From a virus (lineage: Duplodnaviria; Heunggongvirae; Uroviricota; Caudoviricetes), in IMG/VR virus record IMGVR_UViG_2703718837_000002: DNA of 38,688 nucleotides; one strand, written 5' to 3'. Below are positions 21,101 to 28,267 of this stretch, in pieces; position 1 is the first letter of the stretch; each line of letters starts with the position of its first letter. Below the pieces are notes generated by a model. The model saw only the letters and a list, made by a program, of their open reading frames with translations. It had not been told where the DNA came from and ran no database searches. The position numbers were made by a program, and so were the translations under genes.

Positions 21101-21943
21101 TATGAGATCACCACAGCACAGTTTGGCACCATTGGCATTTACAGCAATAAAGACGAGATCAAGCAGGCAATGGACGCAGCAAGCGCGCGCATCGCAGCAG
21201 AACGGGAAGCCAATCTGAATCATGCAGTCGCCGCGCTGACTCAATCGTGGGTAACAGCAATCAGGGAGGCCGCCACCACAGGGAAAATCACACCGGCAAT
21301 TGCGGATGTCGTAAACGACGGCTCTAAATTTATGGATGCCTATCAAATGGATGCGGTGCAGTTGCCATCAGCCTATGGCCAACTCAGCTATCGCATGACC
21401 TACAATCTGGTATCAATGTTTTCCGACCTTGCCATCCTTGGGCTGGTGGACCTTAACGAGGTTACGCCGGAATTGCTCAGCATTCGCAATAATCATGTGG
21501 AGATATTGCACAGAATTAACACGGTACTTGCCGGGCGCACCGATGAAGAAAAACAGGCAGACGCTGATCGGATAAACCTGGCCCTAGGCAACATCACGGA
21601 GGAAGAAATTGCCGCCAGAAACGAGAAACAAGAAGAGTTATCATCAATACAGGGTGATGCCACCAGCATAGCTCAGTCTCTTGGTCTGAATTATCGCGTA
21701 TCCACCGCCGACCTGAAGATGATGTACGCACCAAAATTCGCCGCTGGCGAGGTATTTGGGCTTCAGGAGGCGTCCGGCATGAAAGGCATTCTTTTCCGTG
21801 CGAAAGACGCAATCAAGGAAAAATTCGGCGCTCGCTGGCTGCCAGCGAAGGCGAAGAACAGCGATTTCCCAGGCAACTGGTGGATTATCGAGACAAAACA
21901 CAACGTGGCGGACGTTCTGGCCGTCATCCAACAATACGCATAA
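15176..21943 (+). CDS. darB: DarB, antirestriction virion protein (N6-adenine methyltransferase plus SF2 helicase fusion)
   Basis: 2255 aa, the size I recall for P1 DarB. It has an MTase motif (VGNVPFG) and helicase motifs GTGLGKTT, DEGH, LLTATPV and QRNGRGAR. Confidence 0.95.
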   Translation: MNKLSMGVFRCSSVSEILKYIRAITFRRAPIKYGVEKVEGKSYDRLRREANQKAIDLLNSLVDGATLTDEQRQILAGYTGEGGIGGSVSEYYTPKPIAEGVWEIMKLYGADVGNTLEPSAGTGVFNETKPVGTVMTATEISSVSGRINQLLHPEDSVQISPFEQLAISTPNDSFDHVVGNVPFGGRDNTRNIDKPYAEETDMGSYFMLRMLDKIKPGGFMCVIVPPSIVSGSNMKRLRLRLSRKAEFLGAHRLPTGTFDANGTSTVVDVVLMRKHPAEMAEKIPLVDESTLESANVLWPTFISGKWFEKDGRRFVHGTQEKGFQGRIEVRADGQIDNQALKAKLIHRFESRIDWSLLDMAEPSPTADVVDEGEMRLINGVWQKYAGGRWIEADAGKELKIDAASYGADSWEALQRNLTTTEGRLGMTFTQMANVRDKYTTSISDDMVQLVDWINSQPEKYRERLYRGAMIGRMLIEYQDMKAAGHSAEQIEQQRLSLVSRLQAEIDRFGNPGRGPIAKLSGSGARAWFAFRGAIKLDGTISDELTGKLVTHDSSASYDSTSYQDTLRYLYSDLTRDPIQLDDFRLAFTGELPASDEELLNLLASTPGIAVSPYGGIVPFARATSGDINEIVAPKQEFLATLPDGPVKNNVLNQLAAIEEKRIKTPAENIRFKLNSRWFDRSVILEFLQENGYPDLRYVQSVQLEGDEMVSDTYHGGDGLFVGHRYGVVQRKDKETGEIRYEWDRKSGENATGFPAQLEKYLNGARIGGKDSATANGYREQMALLEDQFNKWIKTHDRYDELVAKYNDVFNSNIPYEHSGDPLGLKGLSGKRQPFDYQNSEVRRLSEDGRGILGFGTGLGKTTTALALEAFNYENGRSTRTAYVVPKSVLENWYYEAKEFLSEEAFSNYLFVGLDVLMDGDQIRQVPVLDENGKPVLGADGTPLMRDALKLADEATITARMNAIPHSNYRAVVFTKEQYARIPLRDDTVDEHAQDMLYDFVAAGRVASAMDSDSHRKEAARRRVLSEYSDTGTEKAEKYPYFEDMGFDSVIADEGHNYRNSYKNGREASQLAYLPTSAVAQSARDMAIKNAYLMKKNGGRGPVLLTATPVVNTPIDAYNMLSHVLPKEYWQKMGIYGPDDFVKFFGKTRLETVQKISGEVEEKMALVGFENLDALRGIFHRWVTLKTAEDVKDTVEIPELDEHQQDAPLTEEQLAAYEELRQQAEAAAKANNGVTTSVNEDGVIEHEKARPIFSIIRDMDRVCTDMDLYYRRITYRFLPEYADAVQQLADSLPKQATSEDDDSDDSITQQSQYSLIDKGEFIQLQVPEAFEQEVNKRLARFGIDEQTVTHPVTPKYAKLIATLKEFFPEGKQIIFTDEKTQHQKLKRIICNALNLEPSKVGILNAQTVAEAGKTGKKLKAVKPPKELPDEPTDAQIAKYNEQMALYDAYIAQQNEMSLGGLEKIAADFQEGRTPIIICNKKAEVGINLHRGTTDIHHLTLPWTPASIAQRNGRGARVGSNRASVRVHYYCGKGSFDEYRLKTLKRKAGWISDILRSDKSEMENADANDMIEMQMYTAKDDGERLAMMQVQMDKAKAAQRARQKEQATIDLQNYIKAQHAAGEDVEVLTAELERSKAELEKTTADVDKFKQAAMAKAADNADWKARWGSVHNADRMLLARYRASLKNAIQQKANISQAISRYEKLLNRTQKAATDIKRLRPLVEDAINKGILDVDPDLVNHASEFLVIGDRSWRVGQYYDCAGDIVRIKSLDFDSQRADVEIIFTFKGTKSGNWDVKTLDKQVDVTPDEDAVMQKISGGVSIAGINDIISCDDFYRFQQRGMIKITDSYGVQTTESGYSIDFVGTYTDPLKHAVYPDRRDGALKSSIAKWVLGMMSEGNNRQVRLAEVFLTELFGSNYGDVIASYGDTLSPEAIQEKIADAIARMPEKTSQGATRNGDSELEVTNAIFGTHEFRASDYEITTAQFGTIGIYSNKDEIKQAMDAASARIAAEREANLNHAVAALTQSWVTAIREAATTGKITPAIADVVNDGSKFMDAYQMDAVQLPSAYGQLSYRMTYNLVSMFSDLAILGLVDLNEVTPELLSIRNNHVEILHRINTVLAGRTDEEKQADADRINLALGNITEEEIAARNEKQEELSSIQGDATSIAQSLGLNYRVSTADLKMMYAPKFAAGEVFGLQEASGMKGILFRAKDAIKEKFGARWLPAKAKNSDFPGNWWIIETKHNVADVLAVIQQYA

Positions 21944-21976
21944 CAGGAGCGCCCGGTTCGCCGGGCGTCGCATAAT

Positions 21977-22417
21977 ATGGCCACACTATCTGATACAATA
22001 AAACCGAATAAAACATATCTTGAGGCGGTACTCCGTACAGCGTTGTTAGGAAAGACAGAAGACGAATACGTTGATTTCTTCCTGTCAGGGCTACGCGGGC
22101 GATTACTGAAAAATCCCCGCCTGTACCGCAGCTATGGTCCATACTGGCCGGAAATTAAAAAATTATTACTGGAGCGCGGTTATGGTAATTTCGGTCGTCT
22201 CGTTGACCGTGACGTTCGCAAAATTTATCGTTATGACCGCCCGGCGCTAACACTCATAGCCGCGACGCTCTACAGCCAGGAGCGTTTTGATAATGGTCAG
22301 ATATACTCAGCCTGGCATTTACTGCCAGTGCCTGAAGAAGTTGACGACCAGGACTATGAGTTTGAGTCTTACGATTTGGAAGTTGAAGCCTTGGCACAGG
22401 CTGGAGAGAAAACTTGA
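21977..22417 (+). CDS. ulx: Ulx (upstream of lxc)
   Basis: 146 aa. Located between darB and lxc, as in P1. Confidence 0.7.
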   Translation: MATLSDTIKPNKTYLEAVLRTALLGKTEDEYVDFFLSGLRGRLLKNPRLYRSYGPYWPEIKKLLLERGYGNFGRLVDRDVRKIYRYDRPALTLIAATLYSQERFDNGQIYSAWHLLPVPEEVDDQDYEFESYDLEVEALAQAGEKT

Positions 22418-22662
22418 AAAAGCGATACTACACAGTAAAGCATGGGACGCTACGAGCATTACAAGAGTTTGCTGACAAGCATAACGTTGAGGTGCGCAGG
22501 GAAGGGGGAAGTAAAGCTCTGCGCATGTACCGTCCGGACGGGAAATGGCGTACGGTCGTCGATTTCAAAACTAACAGTGTTCCCCAAGGCGTCCGCGATC
22601 GGGCATTCGAAGAATGGGAGCAGATCATCATAGATAACGCATTGCTCCTTAATGCTGATTAA
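22414..22662 (+). CDS. lxc: Lxc (Bof), C1 corepressor
   Basis: 82 codons with a TTG start after GGAGAG, overlapping the ulx stop. This matches my recollection that bof/lxc is an 82-codon gene starting with TTG. Confidence 0.8.
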   Translation: MKKRYYTVKHGTLRALQEFADKHNVEVRREGGSKALRMYRPDGKWRTVVDFKTNSVPQGVRDRAFEEWEQIIIDNALLLNAD

Positions 22663-22710
22663 TGGTTTTGTTTCCCGGTATCGTATTATACCGGGAAATA
22701 TCTTTTTATA

Positions 22711-23109
22711 TTAACCCGCGGCTGCAATTAGTGCCGACCCAACCGCCAGTGTGGTGACAAGGCCTATAATGACGACTGTAGCTGTTACCCCACCTGCAAC
22801 AGCTGCTCCAGTCTTTGTTTTGGATAACTCTTTCTTTTCTAGAGAAATGATTTCACCCATAGGAATAGACTGGTTGTTAATACCATTGATATATTGTGGG
22901 GTAACGTTCGATACTGTCATTTCACCTTCGCTACCTGATTTTAACTTGTATTTAATTAGGTCACCAGCATATATCGGTGGCTCTGTTAAATAATAGGTAC
23001 TTCTTTCAAGGTTTTTTTGCTTTATGTTAACTCCTTGATAAGACTGACATCCACATAACACAAGTGATAAAATTAGCGTCATCAGTAAATTTCTTTTATT
23101 TTTTATCAT
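22711..23109 (-). CDS. lipoprotein with a C-terminal Gly/Ala-rich hydrophobic segment
   Basis: ATG at 23109 after AAGGAGAAGGAG. The signal peptide carries a lipobox (LVLCGC). The C-terminal segment is TGAAVAGGVTATVVIIGLVTTLAVGSALIAAAG. The gene is AT-rich relative to its flanks. Confidence 0.75.
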   Translation of the reverse strand: MIKNKRNLLMTLILSLVLCGCQSYQGVNIKQKNLERSTYYLTEPPIYAGDLIKYKLKSGSEGEMTVSNVTPQYINGINNQSIPMGEIISLEKKELSKTKTGAAVAGGVTATVVIIGLVTTLAVGSALIAAAG

Positions 23110-23243
23110 TGTCTGCACTCCTTCTCCTTTTCTTTGTATAGCTAAAACAAATCATTTATTCTTGTCAAATAGTTTTTAGTTTGAGAGTGAGGTTTACGTG
23201 ACGATGCTCTAAAAGTTGCAGATAGCGGTAAAGATAATTTTAT

Positions 23244-23885
23244 TTACAATATGTTACCTTTTCCGGTAAGTATACCTTGCGGTACTTTTCTTTCCCCCAT
23301 AAGTTGAGTGGCATGAATGATATTAATAAATGACATTAGTTGTGATGAACTCTGATTCACATTTATCTTTCCAGCCATTGCCCTGATGTAGTCAGCGCTG
23401 GCAACGTTGTTGTATTCCGTTGCGAAGCAGCATAACAACGTCAGAACGTGCTCTGTCGTTATTTCACTCCAGTTGATGTTGAAAAATTCATCGCCTTTTT
23501 TGTCGTGTTCGGAATCGAAGATGCTTTGGTGGAGGATATATTTGCCGGATTCCTTGCGCGGTAACTTTATCGCTTTCTGGCGTTCCAATTCCTTGTAAAT
23601 CTGCATTGCTTCAATCAGTACCGGTCTGCCGTTCATGAAGGGATCACGCAACCTTACACGCTGGCCAACTCGACCGGTAATAAAGCTGTTTTCCTCTTCC
23701 ACCAGCACGATAAAACCCTTTTCCTCTTTTTCTCGCAATTCGCGCAGCAGCTGGAGTTCCATATCGCGGCGGCGCTCAGGGTAGCTGGTCCGCTCAGCCA
23801 TTATCAGCTCATTGTTGATCCATGCAGCAGTCATTGACGCCGGTTTGCCGACGCTCATTGAAACAACGCATATTTTCTTATCCAT
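23244..23885 (-). CDS. hypothetical protein (213 aa), possibly the P1 mat counterpart by position
   Basis: ATG at 23885 with AGGGG 5 nt upstream is preferred over GTG at 23912. A late-promoter box lies upstream. No motif recognised, and identity to Mat could not be verified. Confidence 0.7.
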   Translation of the reverse strand: MDKKICVVSMSVGKPASMTAAWINNELIMAERTSYPERRRDMELQLLRELREKEEKGFIVLVEEENSFITGRVGQRVRLRDPFMNGRPVLIEAMQIYKELERQKAIKLPRKESGKYILHQSIFDSEHDKKGDEFFNINWSEITTEHVLTLLCCFATEYNNVASADYIRAMAGKINVNQSSSQLMSFINIIHATQLMGERKVPQGILTGKGNIL

Positions 23886-24014
23886 AGCGCCCCTACAAAA
23901 AAGAAAAGCCACCAGCGGCGGCTTAGCAAAACAACTGAAGGTAGCGCCCGGTACTCAGACTGTGCCGTCCATGGAATATTTGAAAAGGGATCCATCCGTA
24001 CCGGGCGTGTGATG

Positions 24015-24033
24015 ATTCTGACTCAAGTCACTT
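24015..24033 (-). promoter_or_regulatory. Lpa-type late promoter candidate for orf213
   Basis: The minus strand reads AAGTGACTT, a perfect 9-bp palindrome (extendable to CAAGTGACTTG), then N4, then CAGAAT. Confidence 0.45.
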
Positions 24034-24066
24034 GTCAGTTGTCAATTATTTCAGATTAAAAATAAT

Positions 24067-24083
24067 ATATTTATTAGTGCATA
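24067..24083 (-). promoter_or_regulatory. variant C1 operator-like site
   Basis: The minus strand reads TATGCACTAATAAATAT. It shares ATGCACTAATAAAT with the site at 28477-28493 upstream of c1. Confidence 0.35.
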
Positions 24084-24144
24084 CAATTAAAACAATAAGT
24101 GTGCACATTGCAACCTCGGAGAGGAAACATTCAACCAGATTGTT

Positions 24145-24161
24145 ATTGCTCTAATAAATTT
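24145..24161 (+). promoter_or_regulatory. C1 operator, left end of immI-like module 2
   Basis: A perfect ATTGCTCTAATAAATTT. The inverted partner seen in module 1 is degenerate here (TTATTGAAACAA). Confidence 0.85.
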
Positions 24162-24202
24162 GATTTATTGAAACAAATAAACTACTATTGGACGCCAGAC
24201 TA

Positions 24203-24231
24203 TTGATCTTCCTGTTGTTCAGGCTTATAGT
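24203..24231 (+). promoter_or_regulatory. sigma70 promoter candidate for c4-icd-ant (module 2)
   Basis: TTGATC-N17-TATAGT, with hexamers identical to module 1. Confidence 0.55.
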
Positions 24232-24262
24232 TCCTACGTCATAGCAAATTCTGCGACCGGGT

Positions 24263-24283
24263 TTAGCAGCCTGAATGTACATG
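24263..24283 (+). promoter_or_regulatory. upstream c4-complementary site pair a1/b1 (module 2)
   Basis: TTAGCAG-N7-GTACATG, exact complements of the c4 elements at 24389-24408. Confidence 0.55.
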
Positions 24284-24351
24284 CGGACAACCGCAGATTT
24301 CCGATATTGCGGTATTTTTATGTCCGTAAAACCGCGTTACGCCCGAATTAT

Positions 24352-24428
24352 GGTGGGGCGTGATGGGGAGGCTTCGGCCTGCTGGTTTCATGTACGCCAG
24401 TCTGCTAACCCCGTCACGTCCTGCCACC
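24352..24428 (+). ncRNA. c4: c4 antisense RNA, 77 nt (module 2, different specificity)
   Basis: The same scaffold as module 1. The recognition elements read CAUGUAC and CUGCUAA instead of CAUUCGU and CUGUCAA. Confidence 0.8.
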
Positions 24429-24431
24429 TGT

Positions 24432-24470
24432 TTAGCAGCGGGTAGCAGGTTGTTAAACCTGTACATGAGG
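24432..24470 (+). promoter_or_regulatory. c4 target a'/b' overlapping the icd ribosome binding site (module 2)
   Basis: TTAGCAG-N22-GTACATGAGG, with the SD GAGG 8 nt before the icd ATG. Confidence 0.65.
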
Positions 24471-24478
24471 CCGTAACT

Positions 24479-24700
24479 ATGGTTAATGCCAATCCTTGCG
24501 CACGCCCTGAATTTATCTGGCGCTTCTATTCTTGTCAAAAACGTCACTATCACTTCGTTATCGCACCAACAGAAGATGAGGCACGTTCTCAGCTTCCGGA
24601 TGCTCCCTGCATTTTCTCCGCCCGCTTTTCTACCGATTCGCGCAATTCTCTCAGTTACTGGTGCCTCCCTGTTAACGCTTCGGCTCAGGAGGGGCTATGA
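24479..24700 (+). CDS. icd: Icd-like 73-aa protein (module 2)
   Basis: 73 codons, differing from the module 1 copy at one residue (L/Q). ATGA overlap with ant1. Confidence 0.8.
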   Translation: MVNANPCARPEFIWRFYSCQKRHYHFVIAPTEDEARSQLPDAPCIFSARFSTDSRNSLSYWCLPVNASAQEGL

Positions 24701-25809
24701 GAACGTCATTAGTCACCCGTGAAGAGATGATCGAGGCAATTGAACAGCACACTGCCTGTATCAGTACCAGGGATATACCAGGTGTTATTGCCAACTACTT
24801 CATGATCACCAAACAACTTTACCGGAGAAAGGACAAGAACGCGGTTCACCGCATTCTGCTAACCGATATCCGTGAATACCTGCTCGAACAGGGTCATCTG
24901 AATTATGCAACCGTCGCAGCCGAAGCACGCAAGGAGGCACACAGAATGAAAGCAACTAACGTTAAATCAGAAAAAATTCATGCACCTTCAGTTCAGGAAT
25001 CAGAGCTGGTGGTTGTTCAGAATCAGCCTGATGAAATTCCCGTTCTGGAATGGCAGGGAGTACGTGTCGTGACAACCGAAACTCTTGCTAGAGGGTATGG
25101 GACCGAAACTAATAACATCAAAGTTAACTATACGCGTAATGCTGATCGCTTTGAGGAAGGTAAACATTACTTTCTACTAACTGGTTCAAAATTAAAAGAA
25201 TTGAAGGACAAGGTTACTCAAAGTAACTTAGTCGCACCGCGAGCAAAGCACCTCACTCTCTGGACGGAACGCGGCGCAGCCCGCCACGCTAAAATGATCG
25301 AAACCGATCAGGCATGGGCATTCTTTGAAAAACTGGAAGACAGCTACTTCCGACAAAAAGAACAGCAACCGGTTGCAATCCCCCAGACGCTTCCAGAAGC
25401 CCTGCGCCTGGCTGCCGAACTGGCTGAACAAAAGCAACTTCTGGAACAGAAAGCCCACCAGCTAAATCAGCAGCTGGTGGCCGCAGCCCCCAAAGTCGAT
25501 TTTGCCGACCGGGTATCAGTGGCCAAGGGGATCCTGATTGGGAATTTTGCAAAGGTTGTTGGACTTAAGCAAAACGCGCTGTTTGCCTGGTTACGGGAGA
25601 ACGGCATCCTGATAGCGTCCGGCGGACGTAAAAATGTGCCGTTCCAGCAATACATCAACGCCGGGTATTTTTCTGTGAAAGAAGTGGTGCTGGATGATGA
25701 AGATGGCTATCAGATACGACTGACGCCCCAGTTAACGGGGAAAGGCCAGCAGTGGTTGACGCGTAAACTGCTCGATGCTGGCTTGTTAAAACCGGTGGCG
25801 GCTGAGTGA
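24697..25809 (+). CDS. ant1: antirepressor Ant1 (370 aa), with in-frame Ant2 starting at 24946
   Basis: The same architecture as module 1. The central ~65 aa are divergent, and there is a 7-aa insertion in the coiled-coil linker. Confidence 0.85.
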   Translation: MRTSLVTREEMIEAIEQHTACISTRDIPGVIANYFMITKQLYRRKDKNAVHRILLTDIREYLLEQGHLNYATVAAEARKEAHRMKATNVKSEKIHAPSVQESELVVVQNQPDEIPVLEWQGVRVVTTETLARGYGTETNNIKVNYTRNADRFEEGKHYFLLTGSKLKELKDKVTQSNLVAPRAKHLTLWTERGAARHAKMIETDQAWAFFEKLEDSYFRQKEQQPVAIPQTLPEALRLAAELAEQKQLLEQKAHQLNQQLVAAAPKVDFADRVSVAKGILIGNFAKVVGLKQNALFAWLRENGILIASGGRKNVPFQQYINAGYFSVKEVVLDDEDGYQIRLTPQLTGKGQQWLTRKLLDAGLLKPVAAE

Positions 25810-25817
25810 TTAAAAAA

Positions 25818-25835
25818 GGCGGCCTTTCGGCCGCC
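25818..25835 (-). terminator. conserved module-end hairpin (module 2)
   Basis: GGCGGCC-TTTC-GGCCGCC with T6 on the minus-strand side. Identical to 12316-12333. Confidence 0.5.
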
Positions 25836-25888
25836 AATGATGTCACGGAGTCTGTAATAGCAATGTCTTTGTAGTTGACTAATTATAT

Positions 25889-25905
25889 AAATAAATTATA
25901 GCAAT
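25889..25905 (-). promoter_or_regulatory. degenerate C1 operator with an embedded TATAAT, orphan promoter-operator
   Basis: The minus strand reads ATTGCTATAATTTATTT, 14 of 17 matches. It points toward the 3' end of module 2, where P1 has ref. Confidence 0.35.
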
Positions 25906-26015
25906 TATATGTGGTTTGCTTATCGGGAATCACATTTCCTCACTTCAGTACCTATGTGCTATACTCCTTTTTGATTGATTGATTGGATGCGGAACACAAA
26001 CCCGCTCTTTTGTGC

Positions 26016-26042
26016 AGCCTGGCTCCTTGCCAGGCTTTTTTT
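26016..26042 (+). terminator. intrinsic terminator (+ strand) abutting the cra stop
   Basis: AGCCTGGC-TCCTT-GCCAGGCT followed by T7. Confidence 0.65.
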
Positions 26043-26352
26043 ATTTCATCATGGAAGCTGTTAACGCTTTGGACCTTGCTGAACTGATTGAAAGGACATT
26101 GTTAACCTTACCCAAGAGTTCGCCAAACTCAGACATCACTTTAGCAAAACCACGCCGTGCTTCTTCCTCGGTGGCATTCATCACGAAATGTTCAGCACTA
26201 CGCATACTTTTGACAGGGAACGCAACGGATATTGAGTCAATATCAGGCATTCTATCGCTCAGCTTTACAGTGACAATGACGGCTGGCGACTGAATATTAG
26301 TGCTTACAGACAGCACTACATATTTTACGTCGATGTTGAAATCCTTTCTCAT
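26041..26352 (-). CDS. cra: Cra (cre-associated) protein
   Basis: A 103 aa ORF 51 bp downstream of cre on the same strand, as in P1. Confidence 0.65.
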   Translation of the reverse strand: MRKDFNIDVKYVVLSVSTNIQSPAVIVTVKLSDRMPDIDSISVAFPVKSMRSAEHFVMNATEEEARRGFAKVMSEFGELLGKVNNVLSISSARSKALTASMMK

Positions 26353-26368
26353 ATGTCACCATAAATAT

Positions 26369-26385
26369 CAAATAATTAGAGCAAT
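26369..26385 (-). promoter_or_regulatory. C1 operator-like site between cre and cra
   Basis: The minus strand reads ATTGCTCTAATTATTTG, 14 of 17 matches with a perfect left half. Confidence 0.5.
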
Positions 26386-26402
26386 CATTTGCACGTTAAA
26401 GG

Positions 26403-27434
26403 CTAATCGCCATCTTCCAGCAGGCGCACCATTGCCCCTGTTTCACTATCCAGGTTACGGATATAGTTCATGACAATATTTACGTTGGTCCAGCCACCAG
26501 CTTGCATGATCTCCGGTATTGAAACTCCGGCGCGGGCCATATCTCGCGCGGCTCCGACACGGGCACTGTGTCCAGACCAGGCCAGGTACCTCTGGCCAGA
26601 GTCATCCTTAGCCCCGTAAATCAATCGGTGAATTGCTTCAAAAATCCCTTCCAGGGCGCGAGTTGATAGCTGGCTGGTGGATGATGGCGCGGCAACACCA
26701 TTTTTTCTGACCCGGCAAAACAGGTAGTTATTCGGATCATCAGCTACACCAGAGACAGAAATCCATCGCTCGACCAGTTTAGTTACCCCCAGGCTAAGTG
26801 CCTTCTCTACACCTGCGGTGCTAACCAGCGTTTTCGTTCTGCCAATATGGATTAACATTCTCCCACCGTCAGTACGTGAGATATCTTTAACCCTGATCCT
26901 GGAAATTTCGGCTATACGTAACAGGGTGTTATAAGCAATCCCCAGAAATGCCAGATTACGTATATCCTGGCAGCGATCGCTATTTTCCATGAGTGAACGA
27001 ACCTGGTCGAAATCAGTGCGTTCGAACGCTAGTGCCTGTTTTGCACGTTCACCGGCATCAACGTTTTCTTTTCGGATCCGCCGCATGACCAGTGAAACAG
27101 CATTGCTGTCACTTGGTCGTGGCAGCCCGGACCGACGATGAAGCATGTTTAGCTGGCCCAAATGTTGCTGGATAGTTTTCACAGCCAGACCACGCGCCTG
27201 AAGATATAGAAGGTAATCGCGAACATCTTCAGGTTCTGCGGGAAACCATTTCCGGTTATTCAACTTGCACCATGCCGCCCACGACCGGCAAACGGACAGA
27301 AGCATTTTCCAGGTATGCTCAGAAAACGCCTGGCGATCCCTGAACATGTCCATCAGATTCTTGCGAGCCTCATCACTCGTTGCATCGACCGGTAATGCAG
27401 GCAAATTTTGGTGTACGGTCAGTAAATTGGACAT
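26403..27434 (-). CDS. cre: Cre tyrosine recombinase
   Basis: 343 aa beginning MSNLLTVHQNLPALPVDATSDE and ending RLLEDGD. It differs from the P1 Cre sequence as I recall it at only a few positions. Confidence 0.99.
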   Translation of the reverse strand: MSNLLTVHQNLPALPVDATSDEARKNLMDMFRDRQAFSEHTWKMLLSVCRSWAAWCKLNNRKWFPAEPEDVRDYLLYLQARGLAVKTIQQHLGQLNMLHRRSGLPRPSDSNAVSLVMRRIRKENVDAGERAKQALAFERTDFDQVRSLMENSDRCQDIRNLAFLGIAYNTLLRIAEISRIRVKDISRTDGGRMLIHIGRTKTLVSTAGVEKALSLGVTKLVERWISVSGVADDPNNYLFCRVRKNGVAAPSSTSQLSTRALEGIFEAIHRLIYGAKDDSGQRYLAWSGHSARVGAARDMARAGVSIPEIMQAGGWTNVNIVMNYIRNLDSETGAMVRLLEDGD

Positions 27435-27441
27435 TTAACAC

Positions 27442-27663
27442 TCAGATAATGGTTTTAAGTAAAGTGTACAGGATCGGCTCTGCCTTTACCTGTTTATGGT
27501 TCTCGTCATAGAAACGCCAGCGACCGCGCGTGCGTTCTATTTTCTCTTCACCGCGCGATAATGACAGTTGACAACTATCACGATCAAACCCTTTTGCCCG
27601 CCAGTAACCACGGTTTTTCTCAAGCTCAATATGAGTGGACACTTTAGCAGCTGAATATCCCAT
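27442..27663 (-). CDS. 73-aa ORF immediately upstream of cre
   Basis: Strong SD GAGGTG 5 nt before the ATG. The stop lies 7 nt before the cre ATG. Function unknown. Confidence 0.6.
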   Translation of the reverse strand: MGYSAAKVSTHIELEKNRGYWRAKGFDRDSCQLSLSRGEEKIERTRGRWRFYDENHKQVKAEPILYTLLKTII

Positions 27664-27760
27664 TTTTCACCTCTGATTGATTGGTGGTGCTAAGTGCGCT
27701 ACGCGAAATCTGGAGCACTAACACTGCCAACATTTCGCAGATTTTACGTAGCGCAACCTT

Positions 27761-27780
27761 GATCAAATGATCAAGTGATC
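27761..27780. promoter_or_regulatory. cluster of three GATC (Dam) sites in the cre upstream region
   Basis: GATCAAATGATCAAGTGATC. Dam-sensitive cre promoter activity is described for P1. Confidence 0.5.
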
Positions 27781-27852
27781 ACTATTTGAGCTGATAAGGT
27801 ATTGAACTGTATGGATTTACAGGTAAATTAATTATGTTCAATAACCCTTAAT

Positions 27853-27886
27853 ATAACTTCGTATAATGTATGCTATACGAAGTTAT
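27853..27886 (+). other. loxP: loxP recombination site
   Basis: An exact ATAACTTCGTATA-ATGTATGC-TATACGAAGTTAT, 34 bp. Confidence 0.99.
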
Positions 27887-27929
27887 TAGGTCTGAAGAGG
27901 AGTTTACGTCCAGCTGCGCATAAAAATCA

Positions 27930-27946
27930 AGAATTATTAGAGCAAT
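27930..27946 (-). promoter_or_regulatory. C1 operator (immC cluster)
   Basis: The minus strand reads ATTGCTCTAATAATTCT, 15 of 17 matches. Confidence 0.65.
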
Positions 27947-28012
27947 AAATTTTGAGAGAAAAATCCCACTCCACCAGCCAAAAACTGGATTGTTTTTCAT
28001 AGTTGTTTGACA

Positions 28013-28029
28013 ATTGCTCTAATAAATTA
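28013..28029 (+). promoter_or_regulatory. C1 operator overlapping a promoter reading toward coi and c1
   Basis: ATTGCTCTAATAAATTA, 16 of 17 matches. TTGACA lies immediately upstream (28007-28012) and TATAGT at 28028-28033. Confidence 0.8.
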
Positions 28030-28267
28030 TAGTTTTGCCGCCGTTTCGTAATACGACTTTGGATTCACTATTTAATGTGTCTTCAGCGTTGTAGAGCGGC
28101 TCAGAAGGAAATGAGCAAACAGGGAAACCTTATACAACGGCATTACAGCTATGCATTGCTCATCTTACACACAGCGCAATGTTGTTAGATTACCCCAGCA
28201 TGGATCATGGGTGAAACAGTAGGTCAGAGCTTCAGGCTCTGTGTTGTCAATACAGTGAGGCATAATT

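Noticed and set aside
15496-21984. Many 60-180 aa ORFs on both strands within darB
   Set aside because: They are embedded in or antisense to a 2255-aa ORF with clear methyltransferase and helicase motifs. They are typical shadow ORFs.
25967-25985. TTGATTGATTGATTGG short tandem GATT repeat
   Set aside because: There are only 3-4 units, too short to call a repeat feature by itself. It is mentioned under the small-RNA candidate.
25979-26293. 104-aa plus-strand ORF
   Set aside because: It is antisense to cra and starts inside the terminator region. It has no SD.
28125-28141. ATTGCTCATCTTACACA
   Set aside because: Only the first 7 nt match the operator consensus.
28075-28267. Possible small ORFs upstream of coi (the imcA/imcB position in P1)
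   Set aside because: Short ATG-initiated frames exist, for example from 28075. I could not identify convincing SDs or recall the P1 sequences well enough to call them.
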